Origin: Octopus vulgaris
Lineage: Eukaryota
Reading direction: 5' to 3'
Length of the DNA: 64,000 bases
NCBI GenBank assembly: GCA_951406725.2
Contig: OX597820.1
Span: 25,916,001-25,980,000, forward strand
The notes below the pieces were generated by a model. It was not told the DNA's origin. It saw only the letters and a list, made by a program, of their open reading frames with translations, and made no database searches. Every line of letters starts with the position of its first letter. Positions within the stretch are counted from its first letter, which is position 1. The position numbers were made by a program, and so were the translations under genes. This document shows, in pieces, positions 28,601-39,300 of this stretch.

Positions 28601-29977
28601 TATATGGTTACAACTGGAATATTTTTGATCACTGATTTGTTTGATCAAAGTTGACTTAGGCTAAATAATATCAACAATAACATTGAAAAGAATTTTCCAT
28701 TTCTAAAATGATTGTACTTACCGGGGATGCGCAAACAAGTTGCATGTAGCCCAGAGCAGCTTCACACCAGTTTTTTTCTGAAGTTCCTGAGCAAGATCTG
28801 TTAGCTCATCTAAGTTTTTATTTGTTTCCTCCAAAGTAGAACCTTCAGGAGCAATGTCTCTGATTCACAGAAAGATTGAAAGTTTGTTTCAATAATTGAA
28901 AATCTGCATTTAATCTCAAATTAAAAATCATAGAAATCTTTTGAGAATATTTTGTTGATTTAAATTCAAGAATTTTATTGAAGAAGGCTTTTGTGCCACA
29001 CAAAATACCTGAATGCAAAAGGTAATACAAGGTCAGGTTAAAGGTTTCACTATCTTTAGACACAATCATCATCATCTAGGGAAACATCATCAAGTTTCCC
29101 ATGCTGGCATGGGTTAGACAGTTTAACTGAGACTGGTAAGCCAAAGAGCTGTACCAAGCTCCAGTTCAATTTACCTTGGTTTCTGCAGCTGGATGCCCTT
29201 CCTAACACCAAACACTCCAAGAGTGTAGTGGGTACCTTTTACATGTCACCAGCACTGGCCATGACTATGATTTCACTTGGCTTGATGCGTCTTTTTGAGC
29301 ACAGTAAATTGTCAAAGATCTTGATCACTTGTCATCGCCTCTGTGAGACACAACATCCAAAGATCATGCTTCACCACCTCATCCCATGTCTTCCTGGGTC
29401 TACCTCTTCCATATCTATGTGTGTGTGTGTATCTACTTGTTTTGACACAGCATGATATACGGAAATGAGTGTCATTCATTTCCAATATTCTACAAGAACA
29501 TATCTAGTAATGAGGAAATATTAACTTGCATAATAGGCGCAGGAGTGGCTGTGTGGTAAGTAGCTTGATTACCAACCACATGGTCCAGGGTTCAGTCCCA
29601 CTGCATGGCATCTTAGGCAAGTGTCTTCTACTATAGCCTCAGGCCGACCAAAGCCTTGTGAGTGGATTTGGTAGATGGAAATTGAAAGAAGCTCGTCGTA
29701 TATATGTATATATGTGTGTGTGTGTGTTTACGTCCCCTTAACTTAGCAGTTCGGCAAAAGTGACCAATAGAATAAGTACTAGTCACTGGATTGCAGCCAC
29801 ACTGGGGTACCACCTTGAAAGGTTTAGTTAAACTAATTGACCCCAGTACTTATTTTAAAATCTAGTACTTATTCTATTGATCTCTTTAGCTCAACTGCTA
29901 AGTTACAGAAATGTATACAAATCGACACCTGTTGTCAAGTGGTGGTGGAGGACAAACACACATATATATATACATAC

Positions 29978-30024
<47 letters not shown>

Positions 30025-30266
30025 GAGGCATGTAGCTTAGTGGTTAGGGTGTCAGCATCATGATCGTAAGATTGTGGTTTCAATTCCTGGACCGAGCGAA
30101 ATGTTGTGCTCTTGAGCAAAACACTTCATTTCACGTTGCTCCAGTCCACTCAGCTAGCAAAAATGGGTAACGCTGTGATGGACTGGCATCCATCCAGCTG
30201 GGGAACACATATGCCATTGAAACCGGGAAACTGGGCCCATGAGCCTGGCTAGGCTTTAAATGGGTG

Positions 30267-30309
<43 letters not shown>

Positions 30310-33300
30310 GACAAGTTTCCACACAGTTTCCATCTACCAAATTCACTCACAAGTATTGATTGACCCAGGGCTATAGTTGAAGACACTTGCCCAAGATGAC
30401 ATTCAGTGGGACTAAACCCAAAACCATGTGGTTGCTCAGAGAGCTTCTTAACCACACAGCTGTGGATTCATCATAGCAGAAATGCTTTTGGTCATAGTTA
30501 TACTCATCCAGGATGAACTAAAGCTAAACAACAGGCTGTTGAGGATTTGCAGATACTATATAATAATACATTATACCTGTCATGGAAACACCAGTGTTTT
30601 ATGCCCAGCTTGCTGAAAAATTCAAAAGCTGCCCTTAATCTTCGCTTAGCATTTGCTATTGTGTTGCTGTTGTCATCCCATGGTCGGAATAAGGTTGGAA
30701 ATCCAAAAGGATCCGCTCCTAGTAAAATAAATACATACTGGGTAACAGTTCATGAAGTCTTTTCAGCATTAATGAAACAGTCTTACTCTACATTTGGTAT
30801 TCAAATACTATTTTCTCTCACTAGTTTTGCACCAATGTGCTCAAAACTCTTTGTTTGTAATTGTGTGTGTGTGTGTGTGTGTATGTGTAAATATAACACC
30901 AGGAGGTTTGAGAGCTGTTATGCACATTTAGGATTACGGCCATTTGGAAACTTTCTTTATATAGCATTAATTTCAGCACGCAAGAAATTATGCATACACA
31001 TTTGCATTAATATGTATGCTCGGCATTCATCATCATCGTTTATCATCTGCCTTCCATGCTGGCATGGGTTGGACAGTTTGTCAGGAGCTTGGACCTGACT
31101 TCTGTGTCTGTTTTGGCAGGTTTCATATGGCTGGATGCTCTTCCAAACACCAGCCATACAATACAATTGTATATTCACAAATTAATGCAAATAAAGAAAG
31201 CTAGCTCTTCAGATCACCAAAACATCATGGCAACATCAACAGTTCAACTCTAAATATACACAAAATTTACTCTTTATATAAACAATGTATGTACAAAATT
31301 ACATTGGTTTGGTCAGTAAAAGGTAAGCATTCTAGTCAAAATATATTGTGTTGCTGTTATTACAAAAAATTTTCTTTACATATGAACACCTTCATATCAA
31401 ATAAAGTAAAAAACAAGGAACTCACCATACTTAATTTTAACAAGATAACAAAACGAAAAAAAGAGATAGTTAAAGATAGCATGAAGTAGAAATAAAATAA
31501 GGAAAATATATAAAAATATAAGCAAATAATGTAAAAGAATTTTGTACCAAAGTAATTATATAGATGGGTGATTGGGGGACAAAACAGCTGGTGAATTGAA
31601 GATTCTCCAGAATTCATGGCTGTATGCATAAAGGCAGAGAGGTCAAACCAATACCAAGAAATTGTGTTCAACAACAACAAACTTCTATACGAAGCCAACA
31701 ATAATAGTCCTTTCTACTATAGGCACAAGGCCTGAATTTTTGTGGAGGGAGCCAGTCGATTTGATTCACCCCAGTATGCAACTGGTACTTAATTTATCAA
31801 CCCCCAAAAGAATGAAAGGCAAAGTTGACTTTGGCAGAATTTGAACTCAGGACATAGTGTCGTGCGAAATACCACTAAGCACTTCGTCCGGCGTGCTACC
31901 ATTTCTGCCAGCTTGCTGCCTTGAAGTCAACAATAATAATAGAAACATAATGTACGTGACTGAGATTCTTATCTTATACTGACCAAATAAATCTAATTTT
32001 GTCTAGTTCTGGCCTTCCATATCTGAAGTGGTCTTTCATACTTGAATCTCAAAAGTAACATTAGTCTTCTTTGTTTTTATTTATTTTTTTTTTTGCACCA
32101 GTGAGTATTTTGCTAATCTTATCATAAAATATGTCAGCACTAATCTTATAACATCGAATTATTCAGGAAGTTTCCTTTCACACTCAGAGCTGCTGAAGCA
32201 TGGAACAAACTACCTGCATCAGTTGTTAGTTGTCGAGATATTGCATCCTTTAAAACCACCATTCTTCCTGAAATTCGCGAACACTACACCTGATATCACC
32301 CCTCCAAACGCATGCACACACGTATATCATGACTTGAAACATTGTTCTATCCTGACTTTTGTACATAATTCTATGTACTGTGCATGCACCTTTAATGAGT
32401 TATAATGCACCTGGGCACTATACACAATAATTTTCTTCTTCTTCTTCTTCTTCTTATTATTATTAAATGTTTGACTTTTGCTTTACATTTGTACAAGTTG
32501 GCTCCAAGTCTCACCCAGAGACCTCAAGAGACAACAAATTGGAAGTTTATGTTGGTATTATGCCTAGGGTGCCATATATTTTGTTTTGTACTTAGTGTTG
32601 TACTAGTGAATGTCTAAAAAACCATACGAAAATTATGTTTGTTTTAAAACTTGAGATTACATAGAAAGTATTTTGCGTAGGATATGAGCAGTTCCCATGA
32701 GCACTATCTTTTGAATTTCTGCCATTTTGGGGTTTCCTGGTATCTGAATTAGGTAGCAATCAGCCCTTTTTGCTATCATTCCCAGGGCACCTACGACAAC
32801 AGGTATTGTTTTAGTCTTCAGGTTCCACATTTTGCTGATTTCTATTTCAAGGTCTTTATATTTGCTCAGTTTTTGGTAGGTCTTGATAGATATGTTTATA
32901 TCAATTGGGACAATCATATCAATGAGGAGGCATTATTATTATTATTATTATGATCAAAACAGATTTAGGAATTTTAAGACACGTTAGAATTAGTTAAGAA
33001 ACTTTGTTCAGAATTATATTCTCCCATACTGACCTGTTCCACGAAATGTGTGCCAGAAGCAGACAGAAAACCTCAGCCACTCTTCCATTGTTTTTCCATA
33101 AACAACCTATTAAAATAAAAATATATGTTTATGTTATTCTTTTACTTGTTTCAGTCATTGGATTGCAGCCATGCTGGGATTACATTCATTAAATATTGAT
33201 TCATTTTAAATTAGTTTGTAGTAATTTTTGTCTGGGGAGGTACGTTTAATCAAATCAAGCCTACTATATTACAATACCACACTATCTCCACATCTTTGAT

Positions 33301-36300
33301 GTGTTTTATTTTTCCCTACATCCTGTGATGCACCTGGACACATCATCAATGATATTTCCTGGAGTCATTAGGAGTTTTGGGTTTTTCAACATCAGATACC
33401 TTCATCCAAGCAATTAGCACTACCCTGATAGCACTTCCCCTTCAAGGACTCACAACCTTGGCTACCTCCACAGCTAACCTGATGGCCTTTTCTCTACTTG
33501 CCCCTGTGGTACCAAGCATGCTGTAGGCTCTGAAGAGGGACTCTCCTGAAAACCCTAGATGGAATCAAACCTTGCTTGTCACCCTTTCCTTTGCAATAAC
33601 TGCACATGTTCAGCATATTTTCTCCTCCACTCCTCATTGGTCTCCAGTAGAAGAGGTTAGCCCAAGATCAATAATTACCCATGCCAACATTTTATTGTAT
33701 CACACAATTTCAGGGTCATATCTGAAGCCTAAAATAGGGATAACAAGAGCAGTAAAATACTGACTAGTGCAAAAAAAAAAAAAAAATGTTACTTCTGAGA
33801 TTCAAGTATGGAAGACAACTTCAGATATGGAAGGCCAGAACTAGACAAAATTAGATTTATTTGGTCAGTATAAGGTAAGAATCCCAGTCAAGTACATTGT
33901 GTTTCTATTATTATTGTTGACTTCATCTAGAAGTTTATTGTTGTTGAACACAATCTCTTGGTACTGGTTTGACCTCTCTGTCTTTATGTTAAAGATAAGT
34001 AGGGTCACCTCGTGTGCTTGGATATACAGTACATTATCTAATACAACAACTTACTATTCCAGTGAAGTTATCACCCAGTATTCTTGAAATATTTTTTATA
34101 AGTGACAGCTACCCATTAGTTCTAATGGTGGTGGTTGCTTGGTTGCATGTTAACTCATATAATCTATGACCAAAGGTATCCTAACTGTAACCGTCCCGTC
34201 TTTTTAGAGGTAAACATCATTTTTAAACATCCATGCATTGGACAAAGTTTATTAAGGTAGATTTTCTACAGCTGGATGCCCTTCCTGTCACCAGCCCTCA
34301 CTGTTTTCAAGCAAAGTAATATTTCCCTGTGGCCAGATATGTCTATGCAGAATATTGGAAATGAATGATACAGCTTGTATGACAATGAATACACATCTAT
34401 TATGTTGTCAAGAGAAGGTGATGATAAGATACACACACTCAAACATATACACACACATATATGATGAACTTTGTCCAATTTCCATCTACCAAATCTACTC
34501 ACAAGGCATAGGTTGGCCTAGGGACATGAAAGAATACACTTGCCCAAGGTGCCCTCAATGGGACTGAACCTGAAACCATGTGGTCACAAAGCAAGCTTCT
34601 TAACCACACGGCCATGCCTGTGCCTATAAAAATAGAATAAAATTTGTACAAAAGTTCTTTGCAATCTAAAGTAGTTTATGATGATAATGTGAAAAAGTTT
34701 TGCTTTGTGACAGAATATGTGAACTATGATTTCTTGAGTACATGTAAACCTGAAAAATTATCAAGATAATTTTGTCAAGTATCTCATGGCTCCTAAAAAT
34801 AATTTGAATTTAGAAAAAAAAGATTAGATTATCTGAAGTATCCACTTTAAATAGTGCATGGCGTCAATGAACAAATTCTGTTTTTGCACATTTTGAATAT
34901 GCACAGAATGGGTATATATATACTAAGCAACAAACTAAGGAAAGGAATCCTTCAAAGTGGTGCGTAAAACATCCAATTCATTGGTACATCAGTTGAATAC
35001 CACGTAAATATGGGTATAATATGGTGACTCAGGCACTTCGGCCGTTCGGACTTAGCTTGAATATAAATTTAGTAAAGTGAACATGTATTTGCAAGCTCAT
35101 TTTAATTTCTGCCAACATTCAAGTATGTAATTGAAGCCCATAACTTGGGCTCCTTTCATTGAGCCTGGTCACAGTTAATTTTTTTTTTTGTTCAGCATCT
35201 GGCAGTCATTTTAGAGATGCCCTGTGTCAAAAAATATCATTTGTAGCAGACGTTCTCTCGACATTGCTCACACATGCCTGACTTGGGCTCAGAAGTTATA
35301 GCCTAAGTTGTTATTTATATTTATAAAAATTAAAAGTAATTCAAATGCAATGTTTTCTTCAAACAATAAATTTCTATAGAGATTAGGATTTAAATTCCAA
35401 TCTATGAAAAGTTTACGTTCTACAATTTTCTTAAAGGAATGAAAAATTATCCAACAACTCAGGCTAAGACAAATGAGATTGCAAGATGTAAAAGACGAAC
35501 TAGCATCTCTTGTCAAGAGTACAAGCGACAACCAGATTGCTGATGTTTGTTGTGCACTATGCTGTCTTTATTTGATAACAGTTATTCTGTGCATCTGTGC
35601 ATAATGATCAGTTGTGTTTTGCAAGGTAGCTTTATTTTTACCCTGAATGGAGAAAGACATAGTGCTAGATATAAAAAAAAATAAGCCATTTGGGGCTAGA
35701 AATATTGTGGAAAAACATCAAATTCTTCAAGCAGGCATATGTCTTATGCAAAATCTGTGAAGAGACCAAGTGACGAAATCTGTGACGAGCCCAAGTGAAG
35801 CTGATGACCTGACGTCATCTCTGGTGTATATATATATATTAGGTCATCTCATAGATAATGGGGTTTTTTATACTTTGTTTATTTTTCGAAATTAAGATAA
35901 ACAAAGTTCTTTTTTAATCTAAAATATACTCTCCCTCATTTTCTACACTGCTCTTCCATCTATCTTGTAGACTTTCAAGGCCCCTCCTGCCAAAATTCAC
36001 TTGTCCATGACATATCTCCAGTACTGTTCTGAACTTGTCTACAGAATTCATATTTTTGCCATCCAAATGATTTCGAAGACAGCAGAATAAATGATAATCA
36101 CATGGGGCAATGTCCAACGAATACGGTGGGTGGGGCATCGTTTCGCATTCAAAATGCTCCAGCTTTAGGAATGTCATCCTCGCTGTATGTGGCCGAGCAT
36201 TATCCTGATGGAATAACACCTTTCAGTTTGGAACCAAAGATGGCCGTTTTTCTTCTAGCACTGACTTAAGCTGCTAAAGCTGCTCACAGTAGATCTCCTT

Positions 36301-39300
36301 TGTTATCATTTGGTTTGGATTTAAAAGTTCAAAGTGGACTAAACCTTTCATATCCCACCAAACAGATAACAACACCTGAAGTGCAATTAGACTCAGATAG
36401 TTTGTGAGGAACCCAATTTGCTGAATTTACTGATGTCACGCAGGTGTCGATGAATGGTCGAATGATCAAATCCAAGCTTTCCTGCTAGTTCCTCAACAGT
36501 TACGATGGGATTTTGTTCCACCAGGGTTTGCAGAATGTCCTTGTCAAGCTCCATGGATCTTCCAGGACGAGGCTCATCTTCTAGGTTGTAGTTTCGGGCT
36601 CAGAATTTCTGGAACTACCATTGACACTGGCTTATGCTTATTGTCCGATCCCCATATACTGTATTAATATTCCTCGCACTTTCTTTTGCTTTGTTGTCTT
36701 TATTGAACTCATAAAGTAAAACATCCTGAATGTGCTCCTTTGTCACTTCCATCATAATTTTGAAAAAATAACTGCTAAAATCGAACTGCACTCTTCAAAA
36801 CTTGCACTAAGAATAAGCACAAGGTAAAATTACTACCTGATTTTATAGTAAATTGATGCAGGTGATTTATCTCATCCTCCTCTGACTTTTAGTTCATGCA
36901 ATTGAAAAAAAACAACACATTGTTTATGGGATGACCCAATATATATATTTGTGGATTTGCACAGATGGGAGATGACATTATGTTGGGCAAATGTTTTGTA
37001 GAATTTACCTTTGTTGGATTGTAGTGTTTAAACACCATAGTTTCAGCAGGTCCAGCATCAGGTTGGAATGGTATTTTTTCAATACCTGAAGTATGATAAA
37101 AAATATATTTTTAAATAAAAATCAAAAAATTCTCAGACAAACATAACATTCTTAAACATAGGATATCATAGGAAGTAAGTGTGTAAGATATGTTATTTTC
37201 TGCTGACTAGTTTAGAAGCAACAGTTCCTTCATTGAAATCCTGTCAAGACCAGTGTAACAATTTATCCATCCAAGACTCATAAAATATAACTCCCAGATT
37301 AACAAAATAAAGGAAGGATGAGCCAAGCAAGTGATACCAAACAGACAGGTGCTTAACATAGCGGTAAAATCGTTTTGGTTTTCAACATCACCCCAGTTTG
37401 TTGGGTGTTTACCAGCAGAGAAGTGTCTCACATAAAAACTGTGAATATGCTTAAGAATCATGAGCTAAAAATCTGGTCTTGGTAATGAAATAACTGTGGG
37501 TCAAACCTTTTGGTACCATATTTTTCTTAAACTACTCTGCCATTGTTTTAACTAAGTTTGAAAAAGTGAAATACTTAGTAAAATAATTTTGTCATTATTA
37601 AGCAAGTGTTTAGAACACAAACTAACATGAAATTTTGATAGATTTAAATTAGGTCATTTTAAAATAAAATTTGTATCATAGAACTAGGGGCCATCTCTGG
37701 TTGGTTGGTATCAACAGGGTTAAGAGTGTTGCAATCAAAGTACCCAAGGCTGCCTTGGATTTGATGACAATGTCATTCATAATAAAATATTAATTTAACA
37801 TTGAAAACATGCAACATAATTTTATGTGAGAATCTTTCATTAGGTTAGTTAGGTTCCAAACATCAGTTTAAAATTTTGTTTACTAAATTCTTGATTACTT
37901 TCAAAATTAAGTTATAAACACAAGTAGTATGAGAGAACATACGAAATGACCATTGTGCATTTTCTCATGAAGACAGTGGCTTGAGGAATACGATAAACCA
38001 AGTTGAACACATACACTCACACACATGAAATTCTGACTGCAAAGGTATTGTGTCATTACAAATATGACATGAAAGAGTTAATTAGACACAGTAACTTTAG
38101 TTAATACAATCAGTTTTAGTATATCACTGAAATAAAATGTTTCATTGCTTGAAATCCAACATTATTTCCACCAACTCAGTTCCATGAAACAAGTGCAGAA
38201 CTGAAACCAAAGACTAGCTGAATTGCATGTAATAAAACAGCTTATTGGTTCAGTCTACAGGATCTAATATGCTATGATATTCAACTCAGTCATGTATGAT
38301 GACAAAATTGTGATTTATCACATAAGCACAAAGCTTCAGTTTTATAGGAAGCAGAGAGATGTGATGTTCATTACTTTCTTTCTCAGATTCTTTATATAAT
38401 GTGTCTACAGGTGTTAGCATTCAGGAACCTCCATGTCAAAGATTGAAAATTCATGATTTTCCTTGAGAAAGATACAATAGTGATTTCCCATTGCCTTTTT
38501 TCTAGTTCATTTACCGTTTACTCTGTTAGTTTCCTGCTCACCCAAGCTTACTGTTGAAGCACAAAGACTGATTAATGTGACATCAGGGTATGTTCACACA
38601 CTGGTGATCCTAATGACACATATTTAGGGACCATCCCTCTCATGACATTATACACAGGACTATCTTCTACTATTCAACCAATAACTAGTATCCTTAACAG
38701 GTACCACCACTTCAAGCTAGAGTGAGCCTAGGAACAGTGGTAACTAAATAGTAACTCTGTACTCTCCTAAATCTCCCAAGATGGAGTTTCATTACTGGCT
38801 GCAGTTTAACCCTTTCGCATTTAAATCAGCCATATCTGGCCCAAATGTTCTGTTTTATGTTCAAACTGACCAGGTCTGGCCTCTCACACTTACCCTACGA
38901 TGTCATTCTAAAACTAAACAATTACATTATCATAATCTCAAAACTACAAGATAATACATAATTAATTTAAAACAATGCAAAATAAGCATTAGGCCTCAAG
39001 GAGGCAAAGTGGCCGAGTTCCTCTGGAGCATTGGGCCTCAAGGAGGCAAAGTGGCTGAGTTCCTTTCGAGTGTTGGGCTTCACGGAGGCAATGACTGAGA
39101 CCTTTGGCATTATGTCATGCTTGAGAAGACCCATTAAACCAAGTAAAATCACAGTAATGGCAGATACTGTTGTCACGCAAATGGGCCTCGTTCTAGTGGC
39201 ATGTAAAAGCACCCATTACACTCTCAGAGTGGTTGGCGTTAGGAAGGGCATCGAGCCATAGAAAACCATGCCAAATCATCTGGAGTCTGGTGCAGCCTTC

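Larger units (their letters stand above)
31627..33988. repeat. Inverted repeat (~240-bp arms: 31627-32114 with a SINE insertion, and 33751-33988) flanking xylose isomerase exon 3
   Basis: Arms are reverse complements with scattered substitutions; both ORF 31360..31701(-) and 33899..34087(+) read [15 protein letters not shown]. Confidence 0.9.

Noticed and set aside
30547-31098. 183-aa plus-strand ORF
   Set aside because: Antisense to xylose isomerase exon 4 plus microsatellite and repeat sequence.
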